A stretch of DNA of 64,000 nucleotides from Minisyncoccota bacterium (GCA_028713005.1 JAQTPC010000004.1:2745-66744), one strand, 5' to 3'; shown: positions 18,840 to 28,547, numbered from the stretch's first letter. Translations and numbers: made by a program. The notes: generated by a model not told the origin, from the letters alone.

Positions 18840-20213
18840 TTAAACTGTATATTCTTTCATCCTCTCCGGCACTATTGCCTTCACATTGAGCTCGTCATTC
18901 AGACGCTGTGCGAGATGCATAGACGCTCCAGGTTCACCCATGACGACAAAAACTTCCTTGAGCTTATTTGTTCCCGTAGAAACAAACTCCACCAGATGAT
19001 CACCATCCTTATGAGCCGAGTAACCATACAGAGTTTCGATATGAGCCTTAACCTCGATCTTCTGACCGTGAATAGTGACCTTCTTTCCCCCATCAGCGAG
19101 CTCACGGCCGAGTGAACCTGACGCTTGATAGCCGACGAGAAGGATCGTACTCTTTGGATCAGTGAGAAAATGCTGTTCATGCCCGATGACACGTCCGCCA
19201 ACTGACATACCTGAACCTGCGAGGATGATTTTTGCACCATTCAAATGATCGATACCCTGAGACTCACGCTGTGACTCGACAAAAGTGAGATGCGGAAATG
19301 AAAAGACATCATCACCACCATTGATCTGCTTTTGAGCAGCTTCATTGAAAAACTCCGTACTTGCACGATATATAGCAGTAGCCTTCTCCCCCATCGGTGA
19401 GTCGAGAAATACGGGTACAGATGGAATCTTCTTATCTTTAACCAGATTATTTAATTCATACAAAAGTACCTGCGTACGATCTATAGAGAATGCGGGGATG
19501 ACGAGTGTACCACCACGTGCAAGAGTCTCAGTGATGACATGAGTGAATTCTTCCAAACGATTTTCACGAGTGTTGTGATTGCGATCGCCATAGACACTTT
19601 CCATGATGAGATAATCAACATCACCAACTGGCTCTGTATCACGGAGGAGCGGTGCTGGTGAATTGCCCAAATCACCAGTAAAAAGTATTTTCTTACCCTG
19701 ACCATTAGAATCTTTCACACTGAACTCAAACATGCTTGACCCAAGAATATGTCCTGCATCTTTGAGGAACACTGAAACACCTGGCGTCAGTTCAAACTTT
19801 TCATGATAGGCGATATTTTTCCAAAGTGGAAAGACCTGAGCAACATCATCGACGGTATAGAGTGGCTCAAGACCATTCTGTTCCGCTTCCATTGTGAGAA
19901 TATTGACCGCATCATTTAAAACAAGCAGAGCAAGCTCTTGCGTTTCAGGTGTTGAATAAATCACGCCCTTAAAGCCTTCTTTAACGAGCTTTGGGATACG
20001 TCCGACGTGATCGAGATGGGCATGCGTGATCATGAGAATATCGATCGATGAAGCCTCATAGCCAAATGGCTCGTAGTTCTGTTGTTGAGCCACTCTCTCT
20101 CCTTGGACCATACCACAATCAACGAGGATTCTTTTACCTCCAGCTTCAAAAAGAAAGTTTGCACCCGTTACTGTTCCTACGCCTGTGCAGAATGTGATTT
20201 TGTTTGGATTCAT
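18840..20213 (-). CDS. MBL-fold beta-CASP family ribonuclease/hydrolase
   Basis: HAHLDH metallo-beta-lactamase motif and the ILVDCG N-terminus. Its 457-aa length and C-terminal region are consistent with beta-CASP RNA-metabolising enzymes. Confidence 0.7.
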   Translation of the reverse strand: MNPNKITFCTGVGTVTGANFLFEAGGKRILVDCGMVQGERVAQQQNYEPFGYEASSIDILMITHAHLDHVGRIPKLVKEGFKGVIYSTPETQELALLVLNDAVNILTMEAEQNGLEPLYTVDDVAQVFPLWKNIAYHEKFELTPGVSVFLKDAGHILGSSMFEFSVKDSNGQGKKILFTGDLGNSPAPLLRDTEPVGDVDYLIMESVYGDRNHNTRENRLEEFTHVITETLARGGTLVIPAFSIDRTQVLLYELNNLVKDKKIPSVPVFLDSPMGEKATAIYRASTEFFNEAAQKQINGGDDVFSFPHLTFVESQRESQGIDHLNGAKIILAGSGMSVGGRVIGHEQHFLTDPKSTILLVGYQASGSLGRELADGGKKVTIHGQKIEVKAHIETLYGYSAHKDGDHLVEFVSTGTNKLKEVFVVMGEPGASMHLAQRLNDELNVKAIVPERMKEYTV

Positions 20214-20324
20214 ATAAACATTGTAAACGGTAAACAGTAATCGGTCTACCTGCGCAGACAGGTAAACAGAGCCATAAAGTAAAATACCTTCCCATCAGCA
20301 GATGAAAAGATATTTTACTAAGGA

Positions 20325-20450
20325 TTGCGAGAGTCAGACCTAGATATTCTAGGTGGGAGGTCTATCGCTGACATGCCTAAGCATAAGCGAATGCTAGCTT
20401 CAAGAGCCAATCGACTACCCGTTGAAAAGTTTAGGGTTTAACTCTCGCAA
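20325..20450. ncRNA. Candidate structured RNA element closed by perfect 10-bp helix (TTGCGAGAGT / ACTCTCGCAA)
   Basis: Seen in sequence. It lies within a 360-bp intergenic region. Internal hairpins include GACCTAGATATTCTAGGT and AGCAT-AAGCGA-ATGCT. The strand is undetermined. Confidence 0.25.
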
Positions 20451-20572
20451 CCTGAATTCATTGTATTCTTCTCACAGAGTAATGCAAGTGTGAATATTAT
20501 GTTACACCATTTACTTTGACAAAAAACAAAATAGATACTGCACTCGAGCTTTATTTACCTCGCTAAAATAAT

Positions 20573-21220
20573 TTACTCAAAAATACCGTCCATATGTGCA
20601 CTATACAAAACCTTTTCTTGTATAAGAATATAATCAATCAATTCGTCTTTTGAGAACCAGAGATCAATCTCTGAACGAGCTTCATCAACTGAACCAGATG
20701 AGTGGACGAGGTTACGGATCGAACGGTCCTCTGCATCAGAAAATTCATATGAATCAAGGACGAAATCGCCACGAATCGTACCGACATCTGAACTGAGTGG
20801 TTCAGTGCTACCTGTAATCTTGCGGACGATAGCAACTGCATGCAAACCCTGCCAAACCATAGCAATAACTGGCCCGGAAGTCATATATTTTGAGAGACGG
20901 TGAAGGATATGCTCACCCATTTTCACCGGATCATGAAATTTGATATTGAGCTTATGCGCTGTAGCATGAGCAATAAATTTTGCACCGGTTTTACTGACCC
21001 ACTCTGGATCGTTCATATAGTGCTTTTCTACAAGTTCTTTTGTCGGACGTACAAACTTGAGACCGACAAGCTTGAGACCGAGTCGCTCATAACGCTGGAC
21101 AACCTCTCCAATGAGCGTTCGCTGGATAGCATCTGGTTTTATAAGAACAAGAGTACGCTCGCGCTTGGGATGCATGTGATCGATTTTTGTATGTGTAGTC
21201 ATGAAGACATTGTAACGCAC
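20573..21220 (-). CDS. ndk: Nucleoside diphosphate kinase (with internal insertion and N-terminal extension)
   Basis: ERTLVLIKPDAIQRTLIGEV...NLVHSSGSVDEARSEIDLWF. The true start may be the internal Met (MHPKRE, about 21175). Confidence 0.8.
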   Translation of the reverse strand: MRYNVFMTTHTKIDHMHPKRERTLVLIKPDAIQRTLIGEVVQRYERLGLKLVGLKFVRPTKELVEKHYMNDPEWVSKTGAKFIAHATAHKLNIKFHDPVKMGEHILHRLSKYMTSGPVIAMVWQGLHAVAIVRKITGSTEPLSSDVGTIRGDFVLDSYEFSDAEDRSIRNLVHSSGSVDEARSEIDLWFSKDELIDYILIQEKVLYSAHMDGIFE

Positions 21221-21224
21221 TCCC

Positions 21225-21992
21225 TTAGGCCGTCAAAATCTCAGCATCTCCTTTTGTGATAAGCACGGTATGTTCAAAATGTGCGCTCGGACTGCCGTCA
21301 ACAGTTTTGTATGTATATCCGTCGAGATCAAGCTCAACATGTCTGTCACCGAGGTTGAAGATAGGTTCGATAGCGATGACCATGCCCGGTTTCAAAAGCG
21401 GACCTTTACCCTCTTCACCATAGTTGGGTATGAAAGGATCTTCGTGCACATGATACCCGACGCCATGACCAGCGAGCTCTTCGACGATGCCGAACTTCGC
21501 AGAAATACCAATGCGCTCGATAGCACTACTGATATCACCCACTTTCTTTCCCCCTTTGGCAGCCTTTATACCGGCCAAGAGCGCTTCTTTTGTCTTTGAG
21601 AGGAGTAATGTTCGTTCAGGAGTGACATTACCCACGGCAACCGTCACCGCAGCATCAGTGATGAGTCCTTTGTGAACCAGTCCGAGGTCGAGGGTGACGA
21701 TATCACCTTCCATGAGCACCTTATCATCTTCATTTGGAATACCGTGAACCACTTCATCATTTATCGAGAGACAGAGCGCCGCAGGAAATGGCCGATCAGC
21801 ACCAACGGGAGTGTAATTCAAAAAAGCCGCAGTATCACCACCCTCAGCGATCAATTCTCTCGTATAGTTTTCAAGATCGCGCGCATGCACGCCAGGTTTA
21901 ACCATGCTGGCCAGTTGACGCAAAATAGCCCCATGGCGGCGTCCACCTTCACGGAGAATAGCTATATCTTCCTTGGTCTTTATCTTGATCAT
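21225..21992 (-). CDS. map: Methionine aminopeptidase type I
   Basis: Metal ligands lie in a conserved context (DIVTLDLG, HGVGYHVHE, IEP). Confidence 0.85.
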   Translation of the reverse strand: MIKIKTKEDIAILREGGRRHGAILRQLASMVKPGVHARDLENYTRELIAEGGDTAAFLNYTPVGADRPFPAALCLSINDEVVHGIPNEDDKVLMEGDIVTLDLGLVHKGLITDAAVTVAVGNVTPERTLLLSKTKEALLAGIKAAKGGKKVGDISSAIERIGISAKFGIVEELAGHGVGYHVHEDPFIPNYGEEGKGPLLKPGMVIAIEPIFNLGDRHVELDLDGYTYKTVDGSPSAHFEHTVLITKGDAEILTA

Positions 21993-22031
21993 AGGAGCAG
22001 TCTACAAGGAAAAGCAGGCTACGGCAAATGA

Positions 22032-22625
22032 TTATTTGAGACCAAGTCTGTTCACGATGTCAGCGTGGATATCCTCGATTTTACCGATACCATTTATATC
22101 GAGGAAATCATATCTCTTGTTATTTCTAAAGAAATCGATCGACGGCTTCATGTCCTGCTCAAAACCGCTGAGGCGATTTTTGATGCCCTCATGTGTATCA
22201 TCTGCACGACCACGAGCAAGGAGACGATTGGTTGCTTCTTCATCATGGATATCGAGATATACGACCCAACACTTAGTGATGCCGTAAAAATCAAAAACAG
22301 AGTCGAGAGCGATAGCTTCAGGGAGTCTACGTGATGTGCCATCGAGGACCATAGACATACCTTTTTCATATGTATCAATGAAAACTTTTGACCAATTATA
22401 TATAGCGAGGAACGAGGGCTGGAATCCACCAGATGCCTGGATCTTATGAGCAAGCTGTTGAGTAAATGACGGTCCCTCAATGAATTTACGGAGCTCCTTG
22501 CCAGTTTCAACAGTAAAGATTTTGTGCGTTGGATCTTTTTGCTTGAGCACTTCTAACAGAAGAGATACTTGTGTACCCTTTCCGCTCCCTGATCTGCCAA
22601 CGAAGATAAATGCTTGTGGTTCCAT
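22032..22625 (-). CDS. adk: Adenylate kinase-family P-loop nucleotide kinase
   Basis: Walker A GRSGSGKGTQ, in the adk position next to map at the spc-operon end. Confidence 0.7.
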   Translation of the reverse strand: MEPQAFIFVGRSGSGKGTQVSLLLEVLKQKDPTHKIFTVETGKELRKFIEGPSFTQQLAHKIQASGGFQPSFLAIYNWSKVFIDTYEKGMSMVLDGTSRRLPEAIALDSVFDFYGITKCWVVYLDIHDEEATNRLLARGRADDTHEGIKNRLSGFEQDMKPSIDFFRNNKRYDFLDINGIGKIEDIHADIVNRLGLK

Positions 22626-22861
22626 ATGTATTAAATTAATTAGCCACAGTATAGCAGATGAGCTTCATTTACCTAAATCATACTCATTGACTGAAAAACT
22701 ACCCGTAGTGTATGCTTACGGTACAACAAAATAGTTATTCAGAGTGTGGCGAGAGAACTAGCTCAATGACCCACCAGCAACTCTTCGAAAGAAGTAAGTG
22801 CTCAATCTAGCCCGAAAGGGAAAGATGCTATATCTCGTATTAAAACGATATAAGAATAGTA

Positions 22862-22892
22862 TACGCTTTCCATTCGGAAGGCGTTTTGTTTT
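22862..22892 (+). terminator. Leader-embedded terminator/attenuator hairpin just upstream of the PLP-enzyme gene
   Basis: CGCTTTCC-ATTC-GGAAGGCG followed by TTTTGTTTT. Upstream hairpins with GAAA tetraloops are present. Confidence 0.4.
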
Positions 22893-24134
22893 ATGGTTCG
22901 AAGCCATATTTATTATGTAACATATATAACTATGTCTACAAAAACAAAAGACTCTTTTGAAAACAAGAGTCGGTTCGGGTTCGGAACATTAGCAATCCAT
23001 GCTGGCGAAACACCAGATGCAGAAACAGGTGCAGTTGCTCCAGTTATCGTCAGATCGAAAACCTTTGCCCAAAAACGTTTTGGCAAGGAGAGCGAATATC
23101 AGTATTCACGTGGTAAAAATCCCACGCGCGACAAGCTCATAGAGAAATTAGAAGCGCTCGAAGGTGGTGGTACCGCAACTGTATTCGGTTCAGGATTGGC
23201 AGCTGAGGCGGCATTCTTTCTCACTCTCTCCCCTGGTGATCATGTCCTTCTTTGTCAGGAGGTATATGGAGGAACATTTAGATTACTCGATGGCTTTCTT
23301 TCCCGTTTTGGTATTACTTACGATTTCGCTGATTTTTCTGCAGAAGAATCTATTTGGAAGGGCATAAAGCCAAATACCAAGTACCTCTTCGTAGAAACGC
23401 CGACCAATCCCTCTCTCCATATCATCGACCTTGCGCTTGTTGCGAAAGTATCAAAGAAAGCCTGTATACCGTTCGTTGTTGATGCCACATTCTCTCCTCC
23501 GTGCACCACCAAAGCATTTGAGTACGGCGCTGAGACCGTCATCCATAGTCTGAGCAAATATATCGCTGGACATAATGACATACTCGGCGGTGCTGTTATA
23601 ACGAAAAATACGAAATTAGCTGAGCGCATAAATTTTCTTCATCGAACGCTCGGAGCAGTTCTCTCTCCTGATGAGTGCTATCGGGTACTCCAAGGAGTGA
23701 AGACACTTGAGCTTCGTTGGAAGAGAGTAAGTGAAACGGCATTGACTGTCGCCCAATTCCTCAAAAAACAGAAAGTGATCACAAAGGTTTTTTATCCCGG
23801 CCTACTTTCACATGCTCAACATTCAATAGCTAAAAAACAACATCAAAATGGCTTCGGTGGCGTAGTTTCTTTTGAGCTACGCGAGCATAGTTTCAAAAAA
23901 CTAAAGAAATTTGTCGACACAGTTCGCGCCCATAGCCCTATCATCTATGGCGAAAGCCTCGCTAGTCCAGAAACAATCCTCGCATATCCTCCACTCATGA
24001 GCCATAAGAGTCTACCGAAAAATGTACGCGAATCACTTGGCATCACTGATGGATTCTTTCGGCTATCGGTTGGCTTTGAGGATGTAAAAGATATCTTGGA
24101 GGGATTGAGGAAAGGGCTTGCTGTACTTAATTAA
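22893..24134 (+). CDS. Cys/Met-metabolism PLP-dependent enzyme (cystathionine gamma-synthase / beta-lyase / methionine gamma-lyase family)
   Basis: HAGE..., YSRGKNPTRDKLIE, and the PLP-lysine motif HSLSKYIAGHNDILGG. The start may instead be ATG 22932. Confidence 0.8.
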   Translation: MVRSHIYYVTYITMSTKTKDSFENKSRFGFGTLAIHAGETPDAETGAVAPVIVRSKTFAQKRFGKESEYQYSRGKNPTRDKLIEKLEALEGGGTATVFGSGLAAEAAFFLTLSPGDHVLLCQEVYGGTFRLLDGFLSRFGITYDFADFSAEESIWKGIKPNTKYLFVETPTNPSLHIIDLALVAKVSKKACIPFVVDATFSPPCTTKAFEYGAETVIHSLSKYIAGHNDILGGAVITKNTKLAERINFLHRTLGAVLSPDECYRVLQGVKTLELRWKRVSETALTVAQFLKKQKVITKVFYPGLLSHAQHSIAKKQHQNGFGGVVSFELREHSFKKLKKFVDTVRAHSPIIYGESLASPETILAYPPLMSHKSLPKNVRESLGITDGFFRLSVGFEDVKDILEGLRKGLAVLN

Positions 24135-24165
24135 TATATTAAATAACACAACTAATATTAAACGT

Positions 24166-24200
24166 GACGCAAAAATCTCAAGGCTAAACCTTGAGATTTT
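24166..24200. terminator. Bidirectional terminator between convergent genes
   Basis: AAAATCTCAAGG-CTAAA-CCTTGAGATTTT. Confidence 0.5.
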
Positions 24201-24232
24201 CTGTTTACTATTTTCTGATTACTGTTTACTTC

Positions 24233-25504
24233 CTAGTACTCCCTCATACTTACCTGAGCATCGATCTTCTTGAGCAAATCAAGAACCACAGACACAACGA
24301 TCAAGAGAGATGTACCACCGATAGCGAGTGTCTGAACACCCGTGAGATGCTGCATCGTGAGTGGCAAGATAGCAACAACACCAAGGAAGACTGCACCGAC
24401 GAGAGTGATGCGAGTAACAATAGCTGCGAGATAGTCACGTGTATGGTCGCCAGGACGAACACCTGGGATGAATGCTCCACCCTGTTGGAGGTTCTGCGAG
24501 ATCATCGTTGGATCAAACGTAACTGCAGTATAGAAGTAGGTGAAGAGAACAACGAGGATAAAGTAGAAACTACCATAGACCCATGCATTGTTGAAGAATG
24601 TTGCAAATGATGAGGCATATGCTGCTACAACCGCATTTGAAGCGTGTGAGAGGAAGTTAGCGATAATCTGAGGAAACAAAAGGATAGAAAGGGCGAAGAT
24701 GATTGGGATAACACCTGCTTGGTTCAAGCGGAGTGGAAGATATGTTGAAACACCACCGTATACCTTATTGCCACGAACTTGCTTTGCATACGTAACTGGA
24801 ACTGAGCGTTCAGCCTCTGTAACAAAAACAACACCAGCGATAACGATAATAGCCACCGCAAGAACTGCAAGGTATACCGTGATCTGACTTGCATCGAATG
24901 TTGAAAGGAACTGGATTGTGCTCTTTGGCAAACTTGCAACGATACCTGCAAAAATAACAAGTGAAACGCCATTACCGATGCCGAACTCTGAGACGAGCTC
25001 ACCGATCCACATAAGGAGAATTGAACCAGCTGCAACCACAAGAACATTGATAGTAAGTTCAATACCTGTCACATGTGCGATGACATTTTGGTTTTCAAGA
25101 AGGATAATAAAACCGATAGCTTGGACGATAGCAAGTGGCACCGAAAGGAGACGTGAGTAGTTCGAGAGCTTCATGCGGCCAGCTTGTCCCTCTTCATGCA
25201 TGAGAGCCTTCCACTTTGGGAACATCATTGTGAGGAGTTGGATGATGATAGATGCAGTGATGAATGGTCCTACACCGAGCATAACAATAGAAAGGTTTGA
25301 AAGACCCCCACCTGAAAAGATGTTAAGAAAGCCAAAGAATTGACTTGATGAAAGAAGATTTGAAAGGTTAGCTACATCAACACCAGGAATTGGAATTGCA
25401 GCCAATAGACGAAATACGATAAGCGCACCAATAGTGAAGCCGATTCTCTTACGGAGAATTGGATCCTTGAGAGCTGTTGTGAATTTTTGCCAGAAGTTTT
25501 GCAT
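24233..25504 (-). CDS. secY: Preprotein translocase subunit SecY
   Basis: 10 TM helices, LRKRIGFTIGALIVFRL N-terminus, in the conserved position after rplO. Confidence 0.9.
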   Translation of the reverse strand: MQNFWQKFTTALKDPILRKRIGFTIGALIVFRLLAAIPIPGVDVANLSNLLSSSQFFGFLNIFSGGGLSNLSIVMLGVGPFITASIIIQLLTMMFPKWKALMHEEGQAGRMKLSNYSRLLSVPLAIVQAIGFIILLENQNVIAHVTGIELTINVLVVAAGSILLMWIGELVSEFGIGNGVSLVIFAGIVASLPKSTIQFLSTFDASQITVYLAVLAVAIIVIAGVVFVTEAERSVPVTYAKQVRGNKVYGGVSTYLPLRLNQAGVIPIIFALSILLFPQIIANFLSHASNAVVAAYASSFATFFNNAWVYGSFYFILVVLFTYFYTAVTFDPTMISQNLQQGGAFIPGVRPGDHTRDYLAAIVTRITLVGAVFLGVVAILPLTMQHLTGVQTLAIGGTSLLIVVSVVLDLLKKIDAQVSMREY

Positions 25505-25554
25505 GATATTTCGATTACTTACTTCTTAATGGTAACTCAACTAGTATATCCTAC

Positions 25555-26175
25555 TTATTCAGCCTTTGCTTTCTTTACTGGAGCTTTCTTTTCTTTTGCT
25601 GGAGATTTTTCTGTTTTTCCTTCTTCCTTCTTTGCTTTCTCCTTTTTGACAGCCTTCTTTGGCTCTACGACAACCTTTGGTGTACCTACAATACCAGCTG
25701 CACCGGTATTTTTTACAACAACCTTTGGTGTGATAGCAGTGACAGTGCCACCTGCCTTTTCTATCTTTTCTTTTGCACTTGCTGAAAATGCACAACCTGA
25801 AACTTTTACTGCTTTTGTGATCTCACCGTCACCGAGGATCTTGATAGGAGGGATATTTCCTGAGAATGTAGCAACTGCACCTTTTTCGACGAGAGTTGTA
25901 GGAGTGACCATGTCACCTGCATTGAAAATAGTCTCAATCAAGCTGACATTGATAGCCTTGAATGCTTCTTCGACAGCTTTGTGTGAATTGACACCACGAC
26001 CACGCAACTTTGGGAGACGCTTGATAATGTCACGCCATTCTGGACGGCGCTTGTTACCTGCACGAGCAGACTGACCCTTGCCACCACGGCCAGATGTCTT
26101 TCCACGCTTGCCACCACGGGCAACCGTCATGCGCTTCTTGTTCTTGTGGACTCGTTTAAGTTGATGGAATTGCAT
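25555..26175 (-). CDS. rplO: 50S ribosomal protein L15 with Lys/Ala-rich C-terminal extension
   Basis: L15 core (GRGGKGQSARAG...), followed by a ~60-aa KAEK-rich tail. Confidence 0.85.
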   Translation of the reverse strand: MQFHQLKRVHKNKKRMTVARGGKRGKTSGRGGKGQSARAGNKRRPEWRDIIKRLPKLRGRGVNSHKAVEEAFKAINVSLIETIFNAGDMVTPTTLVEKGAVATFSGNIPPIKILGDGEITKAVKVSGCAFSASAKEKIEKAGGTVTAITPKVVVKNTGAAGIVGTPKVVVEPKKAVKKEKAKKEEGKTEKSPAKEKKAPVKKAKAE

Positions 26176-26186
26176 AGTATTAAAAA

Positions 26187-26876
26187 TTATTTAGCAGCTA
26201 CCTTTGGTGCCTTGTTCTGGAGTGTACGGCGGTTGATCCTACTCAAGTTATCGAGAGCAAGGATGATAGCGCGAGCAATGTTCACCTTGTTCTTTGAACC
26301 AGACATGATCTTTGCACAGACATCTTTGATACCTGCGAGCTCGATAACAGTACGTGCTGAACTACCTGCAACGATACCACTACCACGAGCTGGGAATACC
26401 ATGATGCGAGCACTGCCAAACTTTGCTGAAGTAGCATGAGGGATAGTCATCTGCGCTGAAAGTGGAACTTTGACGAGATGCTTCTTTGCTTCGCGTGTGG
26501 CCTTTTCGATAGCGAGTGACGTGTCACCTGCTTTGCCGAGACCAACACCGACGCGGCCCTTGCGATCACCCGCAACGACAGCCACACTGAAACTATAACG
26601 ACGTCCACCTGATGAGACACGAGTAACACGGCGAATATCAATCATCTTTGCATCAAACTCTGGCTTAACACGCTCACGAGGCTCACTACCACGTCCTCCG
26701 GTACGTCCACCACGACCGCGAGTATCACTACTACTGCGAGCACCTGGTGTGCTTGCACGAGCAGAATCACGCATCTTGCGCCCTGGGGTGACTTTATTTG
26801 CAGCAGCAGGAACAGCTGTTGCTGAAACAACTGGTACTGGAGCTTGTGTATTAACCTGTGTGTCTTTGTCTTGCAT
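26187..26876 (-). CDS. rpsE: 30S ribosomal protein S5 with ~70-aa Arg/Gly-rich N-terminal extension
   Basis: S5 core RVTRVSSGGRRYSFSVAVVAGDRKGRVGVGLGKA. Directly adjacent to rplO, with no L30 between. Confidence 0.85.
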   Translation of the reverse strand: MQDKDTQVNTQAPVPVVSATAVPAAANKVTPGRKMRDSARASTPGARSSSDTRGRGGRTGGRGSEPRERVKPEFDAKMIDIRRVTRVSSGGRRYSFSVAVVAGDRKGRVGVGLGKAGDTSLAIEKATREAKKHLVKVPLSAQMTIPHATSAKFGSARIMVFPARGSGIVAGSSARTVIELAGIKDVCAKIMSGSKNKVNIARAIILALDNLSRINRRTLQNKAPKVAAK

Positions 26877-26890
26877 AGTAGTTATTAAAA

Positions 26891-27244
26891 TTAGAATTGA
26901 AGTCCTCCTTCACGAGCACCCTCAGCCACGATCTTGATCTTTCCGGCATAGAGGTAGCCTCCGCGATCAAAGACGACCTGAGTGATCTTTGCTGCAAGAG
27001 CTTTCTTTGCGATACCTGTACCGACTTCCTTTGCGCGATCTGCTGGACTCTTTGCCTTTACGTCCTTTGATGAAAAAGCGGCGAGAGTGTTGCCTTTTGT
27101 ATCATCGATGATCTGAGCGTAGATATAACGATGAGATTTGAAAACAGAGAGACGTGGGCGCTCTGATGTACCACTGATCTTGGCACGAGTACGCGCATGA
27201 CGGCGAGCAAATTTCTTGTTTTGAGTTTTGATAATTGATTTCAT
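26891..27244 (-). CDS. rplR: 50S ribosomal protein L18
   Basis: [18 protein letters not shown] pattern. Confidence 0.85.
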   Translation of the reverse strand: MKSIIKTQNKKFARRHARTRAKISGTSERPRLSVFKSHRYIYAQIIDDTKGNTLAAFSSKDVKAKSPADRAKEVGTGIAKKALAAKITQVVFDRGGYLYAGKIKIVAEGAREGGLQF

Positions 27245-27259
27245 ATAAGTAAATTATGT

Positions 27260-27793
27260 TTATGCCGCCTTCTTACCCTGCTTTCTGCGGATAACTTCAT
27301 CAGAGTAACGGATACCCTTTCCGAGATATGGTTCAGGCTTCTTTGTAGCACGAGTAACTGCTGCGAACTGGCCCACAACTTCACAGTCAATACCTGAGAC
27401 GATGATGTTGGCCTTTTCTGTAGTTACCTTGAGGCCAGCAGGGATAGGAAGAGTGACCTGATGTGAGAAACCGACGTTGAGAACAAGGTTTGTACCTTTT
27501 ACATCAGCCTTGAAACCGATACCTTCAATAACAAGTCTCTTTTCATATGCTTTGTGAACACCAGCAATCATGTTACGGATGTGTGAAGCATACGTACCGA
27601 GCATAGCTGCAGCCTGGAGCGTGTTACGGTTCTTTGCGAGAACGATCTCACTGTTTGCAATAGTGACTGAAACATCATCACGGAGGTTTTTCTTGAGCTC
27701 GCCGAGAGGACCTTTGACAGACAAAACACCGTTAACAAAAGTAACTTCTGTCTTGGCTGGGATCACTATAGGTTTTTTGGCAATTCTTGACAT
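27260..27793 (-). CDS. rplF: 50S ribosomal protein L6
   Basis: MSRIAKKPIVIPAKTEVTF... Confidence 0.9.
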   Translation of the reverse strand: MSRIAKKPIVIPAKTEVTFVNGVLSVKGPLGELKKNLRDDVSVTIANSEIVLAKNRNTLQAAAMLGTYASHIRNMIAGVHKAYEKRLVIEGIGFKADVKGTNLVLNVGFSHQVTLPIPAGLKVTTEKANIIVSGIDCEVVGQFAAVTRATKKPEPYLGKGIRYSDEVIRRKQGKKAA

Positions 27794-27811
27794 AGTAGTA
27801 TTGAAATATTA

Positions 27812-28198
27812 TTACCAAATCTTAAAGAGGATTTCTCCGCCAAGTTTGAGCTTTTTTGCATCGACGTCAGTCATGATACCCTTTGAAGTAGTGAAGATGG
27901 TGTTACCAAAACCACTACGGAATGAGCGAATGTCTGCTGCTTTCTGATAAAGACGGCGTGATGGCTTTGAGATACGTTCTACACCGTTGATACGTGGTAC
28001 GCCATCAAAATAGACGAGACCAAGCTCAATCTCACGCTTTGTCTTACTCTTTTCTACAGAAGAGATATAGCCGGCCTTCTTGAGAACATGAGCAACATTC
28101 TCAGAGAGCTTCGATGCGATAACAGTGACTGATGCTTTCTTTGCATCACTGCTATTCTTGATACGTGTTATGAGGTCTGAAATAGGGTCTGTTACCAT
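27812..28198 (-). CDS. rpsH: 30S ribosomal protein S8
   Basis: [13 protein letters not shown] motif. Confidence 0.9.
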   Translation of the reverse strand: MVTDPISDLITRIKNSSDAKKASVTVIASKLSENVAHVLKKAGYISSVEKSKTKREIELGLVYFDGVPRINGVERISKPSRRLYQKAADIRSFRSGFGNTIFTTSKGIMTDVDAKKLKLGGEILFKIW

Positions 28199-28377
28199 GA
28201 TGATTTCTTTATGCCTGGGATAATACCTTCATTGGCGAATTCACGGAAACAAATACGGCAGAGGTCAAAATCACGCATATAACCGTGCTTACGACCACAA
28301 CGGAAACAACGACGAACAACACGCGAAGCAAACTTCGGTGTTCTCTTTGAGCGTGCAATGACTGCTTTGGTTGCCAT
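28192..28377 (-). CDS. rpsN: 30S ribosomal protein S14 (zinc-binding type Z)
   Basis: 61 aa, [23 protein letters not shown] (C4 zinc ribbon). Confidence 0.85.
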   Translation of the reverse strand: MATKAVIARSKRTPKFASRVVRRCFRCGRKHGYMRDFDLCRICFREFANEGIIPGIKKSSW

Positions 28378-28504
28378 AATTTGTATTAGGTAAAATGAGT
28401 GAAATTTTGAAAATAAAATTTCGATTGGTTAGCTTAGCCATTAATTTAGGCGTTTGCTTCCAATCACTGCCTCAGAACGAGCTTTTATTGAGGTAGGTAT
28501 GATA

Positions 28505-28547
28505 CTAGCAGATGATAGGAAATGAGTCAAATAAAAACCACCCTGCT
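28505..28547 (-). terminator. Rho-independent terminator after the NlpC/P60 gene
   Basis: Minus strand reads CCACCCCACTCATAGAGCAGGGTGG followed by TTTTTATTT. Confidence 0.5.

Noticed and set aside
22626-22892. SAM-I riboswitch or T-box identity for the met-enzyme leader
   Set aside because: The attenuator-like terminator is real, but I could not recognise the SAM-I core (e.g. GGTGGAGGGA...GCCC) or the T-box AANNNGGGTGGNACCGCG motif. I report only a generic candidate leader.
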